Of a stretch of DNA of 64,000 nt, positions 44,211 to 55,716 are shown piece after piece. The stretch is from NCBI GenBank assembly GCA_037441705.1, contig JBBIRR010000001.1, forward strand, positions 192,001 through 256,000, written 5' to 3'. The notes beneath the pieces were generated by a model, which saw nothing but the letters and a program-made list of their open reading frames with translations, had not been told where the DNA came from and did no database searches. A program made the position numbers and the translations under genes. The DNA is from Ignavibacteriales bacterium (GTDB lineage Bacteria > Bacteroidota > Ignavibacteria > UBA10030 > UBA6906). The first letter of the stretch is position 1; each line of letters starts with the position of its first letter.

Positions 44211-44669
44211 GCAAAAATTTTCAGATATGCCTCTTATTACCATTTTTTAATTGATTGAGTCGCATCACCCGAGACAAGTCAGACGTCATGCATGGCGATC
44301 GGAACCATCACCTTCTCGCCCCAGTCCGTTTGCAACGTCGCCATCGGCAGCATCGTCGGTTGCCATGATGTGGCAAATGGCCAACTCTTGAACCAAAGAG
44401 GCATGGTATGCACATGAACACGCCGACTCTGTCGGACAAACAACACGCACAGCGAAACACACCTTCAAACAAATCCCCGATCTCAGCCTTGTATCTGTGC
44501 AATCTTCTTCATAGGTTAATTCCGAAAGTCTTGTTCTTTTCGGAACCCTCGCAAGAGAGAAACATCTCTCTGGACTTTCGACACCCACCTGATGCATGAA
44601 TCCAGCGAGATCCATCTCTTCTGCAGGAGGGTTTACCTCTACACCAACGACACGAAAAGGAGAGAGAAC

Positions 44670-46001
<1,332 letters not shown>

Positions 46002-46010
46002 CACTCTCGC

Positions 46011-46044
46011 GTGGGCCGTCCCGCTACCCGGCGGAGCGGCCCAC
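46011..46044. other. GC-rich stem-loop after gltA (no U-tract)
   Basis: GTGGGCCG...CGGCCCAC with an inner CCGC/GCGG pairing. Confidence 0.5.
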
Positions 46045-46057
46045 AGGTATCCGCGGC

Positions 46058-48016
46058 ATGAAGCGACGGCACAGCGTGGTCTTGCTTGTTGCAATCTTTT
46101 TTGAGGTTGCCTTTGCACAGCATGACCTGCACGAGTTGGCCCGAACGGAAGCAGAAGCGTACGCGCGGCGATCACGCGTACGGTTCCACACGCAGGACGA
46201 GCGCGGTTTCGACGTCACCTCCTACAAACTCGACCTCAACATCACGGTTGTCCCCGGCTATCTCCGGGGCGTCGTAACGCTGCACGCTCGCAGCACCACC
46301 GCGGGGCTGACGGCGATCTCGCTCGACCTCATGAATTCGATGACGGTTGATTCCGTGATCTGTGCCGGCGCTGCCGCTCGGTTTATCCAGCACCCCACTA
46401 CCGTGTTCATTGAACTCAACCGAAGTTACGGTTACGGTGAGATGGTGGTGCTGGATGTGTATTATCGGGGCGTTCCGACCAGCACGGGCTTCGGAAGTTT
46501 TGAATTCGGCTCACACCCGGGAGGTCCGTGGGTTTGGACGCTGAGCGAGCCGTATGGTGCTCGTGACTGGTGGCCGTGCAATGATCATCCTGCCGATAAG
46601 GCTGACTCCGTGGATATGCTGGTTACGTGCAGCAGGGATTTCAAGGTTGCATCGAACGGACGGCTCATTCGCATCACCAGCAATCCGGACAACACGCATA
46701 CCTACCATTGGGCCGAACGCTACCCGATAGCAACGTACCTCGTTTTCCTCTCCTTGACCAACTATGCGGAGTTCACCGACTGGTTTCACTACACTCCGAC
46801 AGACTCCATGCCCATTGTCAACTACATACTTCCCGAACACCTCGCAGTTGCGCAAGACAGCTTTCGCGTCGTGAGCGATATGTTGAGGATTTATTCGGAG
46901 ACGTTCGGGCTGTACCCGTTCATCACGGAAAAATACGGCCACGCGCAATTCGGCAGAGGCGGAGCGATGGAGCACCAGACGATGACCTCGCTTGTGCGGG
47001 CAGCGTTCACCCAATCGGCACTCGCACACGAGCTTGCTCATCAATGGTTCGGCGATCTGATCACATGCGCAAGCTGGCGTCATCTCTGGCTTAACGAAGG
47101 CTTCGCGTCGTACGCTGAGGCGCTCTATTACGAAAAGCAGTATGGACGCGAACACTATCGCTCGGCTCTTCGCAGTAGCATGGCCATCGCCAAGGCAGCC
47201 CGCGGTTCCGTAATCCGACCGGACACGACCGACATCAGCACTTTGTTCGATCAGGCGGCAGTCTATGCTAAAGGAGCGGCTGTCCTTCACATGCTGCGCT
47301 ATGTGCTCGGCGATTCGGCGTTTTTCCGCGCTCTGCAAGCCTACACATCCGATGCACGGTTTCGTTACGGAGTTGCAACGACGGAGGATTTCCAGGGTGT
47401 GTGTGAAGCAATTGCGCAGCAGCCGCTTGACTGGTTCTTCCAGCAGTGGTTGTACGGCGAGAACTACCCGCGGTACACGTACACGTGGAACGCCCTCCCC
47501 GACACCGATCGACAATGGCGTGTCGACATCACCATCAAACAAACCACCGGCACGTCACGTCCAGCGTTCTTCGTGATGCCGCTCGATGTGAAACTATCAG
47601 GTTCGACGCGCGACACGACCGTAACGGTGTTCAACACCTACAACGGTCAAACCTTCAGCCTTCAACTGGAATTTCCGCCGGAGCGGGTGGAACTTGACCC
47701 GGAGGAGCGAATCCTGAGGGATGTACTCCCATCAAACGACGGCGAGCTTCCAACGTCGTTTCGGCTTCTGCAAAACTATCCGAATCCGTTCAACGAGAGT
47801 ACGACGATCGCTTACGAGATACCAACGCGAACGCATGTTGTTCTCACCGTCTACGACGTTCTCGGGCGCCTTGTGGCAACGCTTGTGAATCGCGTCGAGG
47901 AACCGGGACATAAAACCGTTCGCTTCGACGCCGCAGACAACGCAAGCGGTGTGTACTTGTGCAGGCTGCACGCGGCGGGCTTTGCGGCATCGCGCAAGCT
48001 TCTCCTTCTCAAATAG
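46058..48016 (+). CDS. Secreted M1 family metalloaminopeptidase with T9SS C-terminal domain
   Basis: GGAMEH, AHELAHQWFGD...WLNEGFA, YAKGA, QNYPNPFN...RKLLLLK. Confidence 0.93.
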   Translation: MKRRHSVVLLVAIFFEVAFAQHDLHELARTEAEAYARRSRVRFHTQDERGFDVTSYKLDLNITVVPGYLRGVVTLHARSTTAGLTAISLDLMNSMTVDSVICAGAAARFIQHPTTVFIELNRSYGYGEMVVLDVYYRGVPTSTGFGSFEFGSHPGGPWVWTLSEPYGARDWWPCNDHPADKADSVDMLVTCSRDFKVASNGRLIRITSNPDNTHTYHWAERYPIATYLVFLSLTNYAEFTDWFHYTPTDSMPIVNYILPEHLAVAQDSFRVVSDMLRIYSETFGLYPFITEKYGHAQFGRGGAMEHQTMTSLVRAAFTQSALAHELAHQWFGDLITCASWRHLWLNEGFASYAEALYYEKQYGREHYRSALRSSMAIAKAARGSVIRPDTTDISTLFDQAAVYAKGAAVLHMLRYVLGDSAFFRALQAYTSDARFRYGVATTEDFQGVCEAIAQQPLDWFFQQWLYGENYPRYTYTWNALPDTDRQWRVDITIKQTTGTSRPAFFVMPLDVKLSGSTRDTTVTVFNTYNGQTFSLQLEFPPERVELDPEERILRDVLPSNDGELPTSFRLLQNYPNPFNESTTIAYEIPTRTHVVLTVYDVLGRLVATLVNRVEEPGHKTVRFDAADNASGVYLCRLHAAGFAASRKLLLLK

Positions 48017-48024
48017 GTCTCCAC

Positions 48025-48417
48025 ATGAACGCAGCCCGACGACCAATCCTTCTGTACATTGCTCGTGCTGTTGCCTTCGTCTGGGCAGCCTTCTGGTTGC
48101 TCTTCGGAATAGCGGCCGGCGTGGAAGAGGGGTTGAGGCTCACGGGATTGATCATGCACGTCCTGTTCCCCGGCGTTCTGTTTCTCATGATTGCTCTGTT
48201 TGCGTGGCGATGGCCCGTGCACGGATCGATCGTTCTCATGCTCTGCGGCCTCGCTGTGCTCGTCCTCTATCCGCTGGAAATGCGAGGCGCTGCTTCGCTG
48301 TCGACCATGATCTTCGTTGTGTTGACGATGGGCGTGCCGCCGCTGCTTGCGGGGGCGTTGATGTTCATCCACGCGCGCACGCATCCGCCGACATTTCCTT
48401 TCAAGACCGACGACTGA
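48025..48417 (+). CDS. Four-TM hypothetical membrane protein
   Basis: Four hydrophobic segments, AWRWP..G, PPLLAG.L. Confidence 0.7.
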   Translation: MNAARRPILLYIARAVAFVWAAFWLLFGIAAGVEEGLRLTGLIMHVLFPGVLFLMIALFAWRWPVHGSIVLMLCGLAVLVLYPLEMRGAASLSTMIFVVLTMGVPPLLAGALMFIHARTHPPTFPFKTDD

Positions 48418-48432
48418 ACGCCGGGCCTTGAC

Positions 48433-48780
48433 TCATAGGATTTCCCGAATCTTCTCGGCAGGGCGCGCAAGGATGGCTCGACTCCCCTTTTCGACAATCG
48501 GTCGCTGAATGAGATCGGGATACTTTACCATCAGATCAATCAACGCGTCATCCGATAGGCGTTTCTCCGCGAGGCGCAGTTTCTTATAGATCGGCTCCTT
48601 CGTACGCAGCAGCTCTCGCGGCGACATGTTCATCTTCGCCAACAACTCCTTCATCTTCTTTTTCGGAATGGGGGTGATGTAGTAGTTCACGGCTTCGACG
48701 TCGACTCCTGCTTCTTTGAGAATCGCCATCGTCTTGCGACATGTGGTGCAGGTTGGTTTTTGGTAGATGGTGAGTTTCAC
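48433..48780 (-). CDS. ArsC/Spx/YffB family arsenate-reductase-like protein
   Basis: IYQKPTCTTCRK, LLRTKE, P.LIQRPIV, ARP.E. Confidence 0.9.
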   Translation of the reverse strand: MKLTIYQKPTCTTCRKTMAILKEAGVDVEAVNYYITPIPKKKMKELLAKMNMSPRELLRTKEPIYKKLRLAEKRLSDDALIDLMVKYPDLIQRPIVEKGSRAILARPAEKIREIL

Positions 48781-48807
48781 GGGGATGGTGGATGGTGAAT
48801 GTCGTAT

Positions 48808-49158
48808 CTAACCTTTGCCGGAGGTGTAGCGGATAATTTCGGCACGTTCGAGTGTCACCATGCCGCCCGAACCGCTCGACTCGAACAGTGCATCAACCAC
48901 CGGCATGAACGCTTTGATCTTCTCTTCGGAATCAACAATCTCCACAACGATGGGAAGGTCTTCAGAGAGACGCAGAATGCGGGCCGTATGAATGCGACTC
49001 GCGGCGCCAAAGCCTTCGACGCCGCGCAGGACGGTCGCGCCTGCCAACCCCGCCTCCTTCGCACGAAGCACCAGCGCCTCGTAAAGGGGTTTGCCGTCCG
49101 CTTTATCCGACTCGCCCAGGAAAATCCGGAGCAGTTTGCCTTCGCCTTCAAGTTTCAT
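48808..49158 (-). CDS. DUF190 PII-like protein
   Basis: LLRIFLGESD...GKPLYEA...GLAGATVLRGVEGFG....H...IL.LSEDLP.V.EIVD. Typical crcB neighbour. Confidence 0.92.
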   Translation of the reverse strand: MKLEGEGKLLRIFLGESDKADGKPLYEALVLRAKEAGLAGATVLRGVEGFGAASRIHTARILRLSEDLPIVVEIVDSEEKIKAFMPVVDALFESSGSGGMVTLERAEIIRYTSGKG

Positions 49159-49180
49159 CGTCTCTCAATGCGCAAAGTGT

Positions 49181-49552
49181 TCATACAAGTTTGCCGAGCA
49201 CCATGCCTATCCACGTTGCTATGAGACATGTCAGAACGCTCGCTACGATATTCACGCCTCCCAGCATATAGCTTCCGGTGCGCAGCAGCATAACGGTTTC
49301 ATAACTGAACGAAGAAAATGTGGTGAAGCCCCCGAGCACGCCGATCGTCAGAAACACGCGCAGCGATGGCATCACGAGAAAACGTTCCTCGAAGAATGCC
49401 GTCAGGAATCCGATCAAGAACGAGCCGAGGATGTTCACCGCGATCGTCCCGTACGGAAACGTCGCGGGCAGGAACCGATAGACAAGACCCTGAAGTCCGT
49501 ACCGTGCCGCGGCGCCGATACCGCCGCCCAGGAAAACAAGCGCAACATTCAT
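49181..49552 (-). CDS. crcB: Fluoride efflux channel CrcB/FluC
   Basis: GGGIGAAARY, FPYGT..VN..GS, G.LGGFTTFSSF. Confidence 0.96.
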   Translation of the reverse strand: MNVALVFLGGGIGAAARYGLQGLVYRFLPATFPYGTIAVNILGSFLIGFLTAFFEERFLVMPSLRVFLTIGVLGGFTTFSSFSYETVMLLRTGSYMLGGVNIVASVLTCLIATWIGMVLGKLV

Positions 49553-49557
49553 AGCTT

Positions 49558-49586
49558 ATCATAGCAAAGTGCACGGCGAAATGCAA
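49558..49586 (-). promoter_or_regulatory. Candidate promoter giving a near-leaderless crcB transcript
   Basis: Minus strand TTGCAT, 17-nt spacer, TATGAT, then aagct-ATG. Confidence 0.55.
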
Positions 49587-49640
49587 GGGTTGTTCCTTGC
49601 GCCCGTTTTCTGTACTTTCAGGCACCAACGTCCACCCGGC

Positions 49641-50804
49641 ATGATCCATCAACCTCTCAACATCCTGCAAACGTGTTTTTCGTATTCGTGGGGCGGCCTC
49701 GAGATGCAGGCGTTAGAGATCAGCAAGCAGTTGAAGCACCGCAAGCACCGTGTCTGGCTTGCCTGTCTCCGCTCCAGCAGATTAGAACAAGCAGCCCGTG
49801 ATGCAAACCTCAATGTTCTGTCCGTGAACACTCGCGGGTATGTTCATCCATTAGCTGCGGCAAAGATCGCACGTCTGATTCGCGGCGTGGGGATCGATGT
49901 TATTCACTGCCAGCACTCCAGGGACCTTGCCACCGTTGTGTTCGCACAGAAGCTTTCACGAGAACGCTGCCCGCTTCTGCTGAGCAAACGCGTCGGCTCT
50001 TACATAACCAAAAAGGATCTGTTCCACCGTTTTGTGTACGCGCACGTTGATCGCGTCTTCGCCATCTCCGACGTCATTCACCGGAACGTTCTGGAGACGA
50101 CACCGGTCACTCCCGACCGCGTGATCACGCTGCACGATGCGGTGGATACGGAACTGTTCTCGCTTGCACGCGTCAGCACCACACGTGTGCGGCAGGAGTT
50201 TGGCTACGATGACGACACGCTGGTGGTAGGGTTTGTCGGGAGATTCTCGCCCGGAAAAGGACACGAAGAGTTTCTGACGGCCGCGAGCATCCTCGCCAAC
50301 AAGTATCGCAACATTCGGTTCTTGATTGTGGGCGAAGCGAGTTACGGCGAGCAGATGTACGAGCAGCGCATCCGGGCGATGTGTACAGCCCTCCGCCTCG
50401 ACGGTATCGTCCAGTTCGCGGGGTACCGCACGGATATCCCGGATGTGATGGCGGCTTTCGACATCTTTGCATTCCCTTCGCATGCCGAGGCGTTCGGCGT
50501 TGCACTGATCGAAGCGATGGCCATGGAACGCCCCGTTGTCTCTACCAACTGCGACGGCGTGCTGGATATTGTCGTTGACGGCGTCACGGGCTTGTATGTC
50601 AACCCGCGCGACGCACAGCAACTTGCCGAAGCGATCGAACGGCTCGGGACCAATCCGGCGCTGCGCCGACAGATGGGAAAAGCAGGGCGTCGCCGCGTGG
50701 AGGAGATGTTCGACCAACGGCGTCAGGTCGCACGCATTGAAGAGATCTACTACGAGCTGTTGGAGCTGCCTGCTCACACGACAGCAGCCACCGCTCGTCG
50801 TTAG
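49641..50804 (+). CDS. Glycosyltransferase family 4 (GT-B)
   Basis: WGGLE, VGRFSPGKG, PSHAEAFGVALIEAMAMERPVV. Confidence 0.93.
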   Translation: MIHQPLNILQTCFSYSWGGLEMQALEISKQLKHRKHRVWLACLRSSRLEQAARDANLNVLSVNTRGYVHPLAAAKIARLIRGVGIDVIHCQHSRDLATVVFAQKLSRERCPLLLSKRVGSYITKKDLFHRFVYAHVDRVFAISDVIHRNVLETTPVTPDRVITLHDAVDTELFSLARVSTTRVRQEFGYDDDTLVVGFVGRFSPGKGHEEFLTAASILANKYRNIRFLIVGEASYGEQMYEQRIRAMCTALRLDGIVQFAGYRTDIPDVMAAFDIFAFPSHAEAFGVALIEAMAMERPVVSTNCDGVLDIVVDGVTGLYVNPRDAQQLAEAIERLGTNPALRRQMGKAGRRRVEEMFDQRRQVARIEEIYYELLELPAHTTAATARR

Positions 50805-51505
50805 TACGGACCGGTATACCTCGCCTTCAGCGCCTCGATGAGAGCTTTCGGTGTTGCAGCGTCCGTGTGAAGTCCCCAGTGCGGCCCGAAGGGTCCTTCT
50901 GCAGTTTTCCAGTACTGATCGTACGCTTCTCCCCAGACGAACCTGACGGTCGTCGTGCTCAACTGACGAAAGAACGCCGTTTGATTCGTCTCACTCGCGC
51001 CGGCATCGCCGGCGGTAGGCCACCAACATTCTTTGACGACGATCGTTCTGCCGGGTGCCCGCGCTTCATTCCCCAACACGTATCCGTCAATGTGTGTCGT
51101 TTCGCGCAGAGCCGCTGCCCATTCTCTGCGCAACTGCACCGTATCATACCAGAACAGTCCGCAAACCACACTCGTGAAGCCGACCTCCTTTGCAATACGC
51201 GGGATCTTTTCCAGACCTTGCAGTGAATCGAGAGAGTAGGTGACGAGACCCCGCCACCCTTCGCGTACAAGTTGTTGAAGTGATTCTCTGAGCAGTAACT
51301 CAGAAGCAGGAACACCGGACACAGGGTTGAATGGGCGAGGAGGAGCGAACGCGATCCACGAACGGCACTCGAGCAGCGCGGCGGGAACGGGCTGCCGGGG
51401 CACGCAGCGGGCGGCCAATCCGTCCGTCTGCCTCATGCCCTCGTCCTTGCTGCACGACGGGCAGATCAGAAGATTGCCAAGCAGGACTACGATCATGCGG
51501 TGCAT
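50801..51505 (-). pseudogene. GH17-like glucanase lipoprotein with an apparent in-frame internal deletion
   Basis: Lipoprotein-like N-terminus. LVTYS, VLGNE, then only 11 residues before ECWWPTAG. EAYDQYWK...HWGL. Confidence 0.6.
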
Positions 51506-51594
51506 AACGTTCTCCTTCCCGTCTGATTCTTCCTATCGGGTTTCCATTTCTGCGGGCCACTGCATCAGTTTCCCGACCGGGTATACAATAGAAC

Positions 51595-51628
51595 AAAAAG
51601 GGGCACACCGAAGATTCAGCGTGCCCCT
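51595..51628 (-). terminator. Rho-independent terminator of the TonB receptor-GDSL operon
   Basis: Minus strand AGGGGCAC...GTGCCCCT followed by TTTT. Confidence 0.75.
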
Positions 51629-51650
51629 GGATTCTGCTGCGGGGTCGCTC

Positions 51651-53099
51651 TCAGCGTTTCAACAGACTCAGGAGGAAATCGAACGAACCCAGATCAGCCT
51701 GCTCGCCTAACGTCACCGTCACCTTTTCGAAGCCCAAGCCTTGCATCGCTGGTACCGAAGCGATGTTGATGGGCGGGATGGTTGCCCCGTATTTTGCATT
51801 GATGACCTTCAGGAATTCGTTCGCGACGATCGCTGCGCCGCGCGAAGACGGATGCACTCCATCGTAGCTGAACAGCCCGCCGGAGATGAATGCCGGCGAG
51901 AATGTTCCAATGCCGGGAACGTACAACCCGTCGCGTCGAATCGTGTTGAAGATACCATTGATGTCCACAACGGCGAACCCTTTCGCTTCGGCCCGCGTGC
52001 GGATGATGTTATTGAACGCAGCGATTGCTGCTGCGCAGACTGCCTGCTCATCCGCGTCCAGCGTGAAGCGTCCGGGCCAGGGATTCTGAGGATGGAACCC
52101 AAACGGCTTCGTCGTGTCGATGCCCGGCGGCAGAGGCGAGATGTTGAAGTCACGATAATACTTTCCGCCACCCTGGCCTCCCGCTCGTCCCAAGAACGAC
52201 GCGTAGGTACTGCCCGTCAGCAACAGCAGGGGCGGCGTGCTCTCGGTGAATCGTGTGGAGTCGAAGGAAACGCCGGTGTTCGTCCCCTTCTGGTAGCGAA
52301 GGTAAATACCGGCCGGTAGCGCCGCGCGCACCGAAGGCCCGACGGTCGTGAAGAAAGGAATTGCCGTCACGTCGGGAATGTTGGCAACGATAACGTTGGG
52401 GGTAATAGCGCGCAAGCTGTCCATCGTTTGCGAGTACAACGCATCAAATTGTGCGGTTGGCGTAGGAGCGCCGCTGCCGCCGCTGGTGGCGTAGCCCAGC
52501 ACATCGTTGTTTCCGATCCAGCAGGTCATAAACGTGGGCTGCAGCCGCTTTGCCTGTTCAACGATACTGCGACCGAACGCCGTGTCGCGCTGGATGAGAG
52601 CGAAAAAGGGATTGGCTCGCTGGAAACTCTTGAGCTGAAAACTCGTCGGCCTATCCACCATGTCGAACACAACGGCTCCCGGAATGCCGAGGTTGTTGTA
52701 CGGACGCGGGAGAGCGACGTTGAGATTCGAGGCAGGGTCCGCCGGATTCACGCCCACTTCATCTATGATGACGGGGCCTGTCAGCGAGATGAGTTTCTTG
52801 CGTGCGCCAACTCCCGGCTCGCGCATCAGCGGCTGCTGGAAATCCGTTGTGCGGATTGCCTGCGCAATGAGATTCGGGAAGCTGTACATCTGGTCTCTCG
52901 ACGAGAGAGCGTTCGATTGGAATCCCGCCGTGAGACTGTTGCCAACAGCAACGTAGCGGGTGAAGTCTGCCGAGCCTGCGCTCCACGGCGTTTCGGGAGT
53001 TGTCGGAGCCTTTTCATCCTTCTTGCATCCTACAACAACAACCGCGCAAACAAGCGCCAGGACATGCACAAGCACCAGCGTTTGCTTCAAGGTTGACAT
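51651..53099 (-). CDS. SGNH/GDSL hydrolase lipoprotein
   Basis: Lipobox VVGC, VAVGNSLTAG (block I), NNLGIPGA, WIGNNDVL, FSYDGVHPS. Confidence 0.9.
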   Translation of the reverse strand: MSTLKQTLVLVHVLALVCAVVVVGCKKDEKAPTTPETPWSAGSADFTRYVAVGNSLTAGFQSNALSSRDQMYSFPNLIAQAIRTTDFQQPLMREPGVGARKKLISLTGPVIIDEVGVNPADPASNLNVALPRPYNNLGIPGAVVFDMVDRPTSFQLKSFQRANPFFALIQRDTAFGRSIVEQAKRLQPTFMTCWIGNNDVLGYATSGGSGAPTPTAQFDALYSQTMDSLRAITPNVIVANIPDVTAIPFFTTVGPSVRAALPAGIYLRYQKGTNTGVSFDSTRFTESTPPLLLLTGSTYASFLGRAGGQGGGKYYRDFNISPLPPGIDTTKPFGFHPQNPWPGRFTLDADEQAVCAAAIAAFNNIIRTRAEAKGFAVVDINGIFNTIRRDGLYVPGIGTFSPAFISGGLFSYDGVHPSSRGAAIVANEFLKVINAKYGATIPPINIASVPAMQGLGFEKVTVTLGEQADLGSFDFLLSLLKR

Positions 53100-53145
53100 G
53101 GTCTAACCCTTTCTTGAAAGTTGAGTGATCAAGTTCGTTCAACGA

Positions 53146-55467
53146 CTAAAACGTCGCCGTAATCGTTCCGATGACCTGCCTCCCGATGATTGAACCGCCG
53201 AAAATCTGATACACGCGGTTGTCGAACATGTTCGTTACCGTCACTGCCAGCCGGTAGTTGCTTGACAGGCGGTACGCCACCGAACCGTTGACGATCGTGT
53301 ACGCGCGAATCGGTCCCGAAAAAACGCCTGCTGCCCAGGTAAACGGCTGGACGTTGCGGGCACTCAGGGAGAGATCAATCCCATCGGGGCGAGTCCACAT
53401 GAACCCGGCAGCAAACTTGTGCTTGGGTGCATTCGGCAGAAGAATATCGCCCGTCTGCTGTTCCTTCACCTTAAAATCATACCAGGTCCAATTGCCGTTG
53501 ATCGAGACCTCGTCGTTGATGTAATAATTGAAGCCTACTTCCACGCCCGTCTCATCCACTTTTCCGGCATTGGTGTACGAGATAACTACTGCCGGCTTTC
53601 CATCAACAATCGTGAGGCCGGGCAGCGAACGCCGCAGCACCTCCGCCAATCCTGCAGGCGGGTTATAGGGATACAGCGGATTCACGCCCTGCAGGAGGTC
53701 GGTGATGAAATCCTTCGCCTGGTTGAAGTAGCCATCCACCGTCACGAAGAGTTTCTTGTCAAAGAAGATGCCCTTGTAACCGACCTCGTAGCCGGTGATT
53801 TTCTCCACCTTAAGATTCGGATTGCCGCGAGCAAGAATGGGGACGGGCTGACCCGGATTGCGCGGATCAACGTAGGCGGTGGTAGGAACCGTGCCTGCCC
53901 CCACGCGCAGGAAGAATTCGGAGTAATTGGGCACCTGGAATGCCTGATTGTATGTTGCGCGCAGCGAGTGATCCGGATGAGGCGTCCACACAATGGCTCC
54001 TTTGGGCGACCACTGGCTTTCATGCAGCGTGCTGCGATCCCACCGAGCTGCCGCAACAAACTTGATCCACTCGATCGGCGAGTATTCCACCTGACCGAAG
54101 GCTCCGCTGGTGTTGTCGTCCTGCTTCTCGGCCATCAGCGTCCCGCGGGTGTTCACGTGGTAGTAGCGATGCGAAACACCGAGAACAACACGCATGGCGT
54201 CGTCGAGCAGATTGAAGTTGTATTGGATTTCGCCGTTGACGATTCCTGAACGCTCGTCAAGCGGTGCTCCTGAAAGAAGGGAATACTGAGGCTCGATGCT
54301 CTTTCGTCCTTGAGCCCACACCATCACGTTCAGGTTGGGGTTGCTAAAGTTCAGACGGCCCCACGGCTTATGGGCTTTCGTTACCTGCACGCGACCGATG
54401 CCGGTGAGGAAGACTTCGTTCTGTACTTCGGAAAACCCACCTTCGGCGGTGATAGTGTTCTCATCAAATTCGTAGTCAACACGACCGTTGAAGTAGGTCG
54501 AAACAACGTCGTCGGGATCGAGAGCGCGGGCTTCGCGCGAGAGTCCCGGATACTCATACGGACCGGCATGCGCACGATTGCGCGTCCAGGTGGAGCTTTG
54601 TACGCGGCCTGCGTTGGCTTTGTAGCTGATATGATCGCCGAGGAGACCTGCATGCCGAACGTCTGCGCGCTGCAGCGCCAGCTCGCCCGCCGAATAGCTG
54701 ACCTTGGTTCCCAGCACTTCCTTCGGGGCAGGCGTGGTAATGTTGATAACGCCGTTGAACGCATTCGGCCCATAGAGGGCGGAACCGGGTCCACGCACCA
54801 ACTCCAGCCGGCCGATGTCTTCGAGCGGCACGGGCAATCCGTTCCATTCCTGCGCGCCAAGAAAGGCAATGGCCAGGTCCCTGCCATCGAGCAAGACCAA
54901 CAGACGACGATTGAGCGAGCTGTTGAACCCTCGAGTGTTGATGTTGAAATCCTGGATGCCGCTCTGGACGATGTCAACGCCGGGCTGCATCTCCAGCAAG
55001 CGGGGCAACTGGCCCGTGGCCGAGTAGAGTTGGATTTCCTTCGGCGCAAGCGTGCTGATCGCGGCCGGAGCCTCGGTAATCCGCTCGGCCCGACGTGATG
55101 CACCGTACACCGTCATCTCGGAAATCTGCACAGCAAGCTCCGCCAGAACAATGTCCCGCGTCGTCGTTGCACCAGCCGTCACGACCACACCCGAGACCTC
55201 CTGGACCTCGTGGCCGACCAGCCGCGCGACTAATGTGTACGTGCCGGGCGCGAGATTACCGATCTGATACATTCCTTCGGCATTCGTCGCTGCCCCCGTG
55301 GTCGTTCCTTTCACAACGACATTGACGAACGGGAGTGGATCACCGGTGCGCTTGTCGGTGACTCTTCCCTGAATCGTCCCGGTCGTCTGCGCCAGTGCAG
55401 AGAAGGAACTAAGGAAAAGCAACATCACGACTCCGCCCTTCACAAATGGTAGAGTTACGAGCCTCAT
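53146..55467 (-). CDS. TonB-dependent outer-membrane receptor
   Basis: N-terminal carboxypeptidase-regulatory-like domain, plug motifs (NTRGFN, LLDGR, LELVRGPGSALYG.NA..GVINI.T), terminal F. Confidence 0.93.
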   Translation of the reverse strand: MRLVTLPFVKGGVVMLLFLSSFSALAQTTGTIQGRVTDKRTGDPLPFVNVVVKGTTTGAATNAEGMYQIGNLAPGTYTLVARLVGHEVQEVSGVVVTAGATTTRDIVLAELAVQISEMTVYGASRRAERITEAPAAISTLAPKEIQLYSATGQLPRLLEMQPGVDIVQSGIQDFNINTRGFNSSLNRRLLVLLDGRDLAIAFLGAQEWNGLPVPLEDIGRLELVRGPGSALYGPNAFNGVINITTPAPKEVLGTKVSYSAGELALQRADVRHAGLLGDHISYKANAGRVQSSTWTRNRAHAGPYEYPGLSREARALDPDDVVSTYFNGRVDYEFDENTITAEGGFSEVQNEVFLTGIGRVQVTKAHKPWGRLNFSNPNLNVMVWAQGRKSIEPQYSLLSGAPLDERSGIVNGEIQYNFNLLDDAMRVVLGVSHRYYHVNTRGTLMAEKQDDNTSGAFGQVEYSPIEWIKFVAAARWDRSTLHESQWSPKGAIVWTPHPDHSLRATYNQAFQVPNYSEFFLRVGAGTVPTTAYVDPRNPGQPVPILARGNPNLKVEKITGYEVGYKGIFFDKKLFVTVDGYFNQAKDFITDLLQGVNPLYPYNPPAGLAEVLRRSLPGLTIVDGKPAVVISYTNAGKVDETGVEVGFNYYINDEVSINGNWTWYDFKVKEQQTGDILLPNAPKHKFAAGFMWTRPDGIDLSLSARNVQPFTWAAGVFSGPIRAYTIVNGSVAYRLSSNYRLAVTVTNMFDNRVYQIFGGSIIGRQVIGTITATF

Positions 55468-55716
55468 AATGGTACTCCTGATGTGATTAGGGGATGTGGA
55501 TTAGGGGCTACGAAGGTGTTTGTAACTTCTCTAGAAAGGAACAAAGATACGACCAGATAAAGATACAATGCTTCGCCAAAAGAATCAAACACATACACAC
55601 AAACTGCTGGTATCGTCAGCAGGCGGGAGTTGCGGATTGGCTGCGGCGACGTGGCACAGAATCAAACCTTTTCTCTCTGTACCACAAGCGTGTTTGCGCT
55701 TGAAGGGCACACATCG

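Noticed and set aside
49553-49640. Fluoride riboswitch upstream of crcB
   Set aside because: No recognisable consensus, and the promoter-like motif abuts the start codon.
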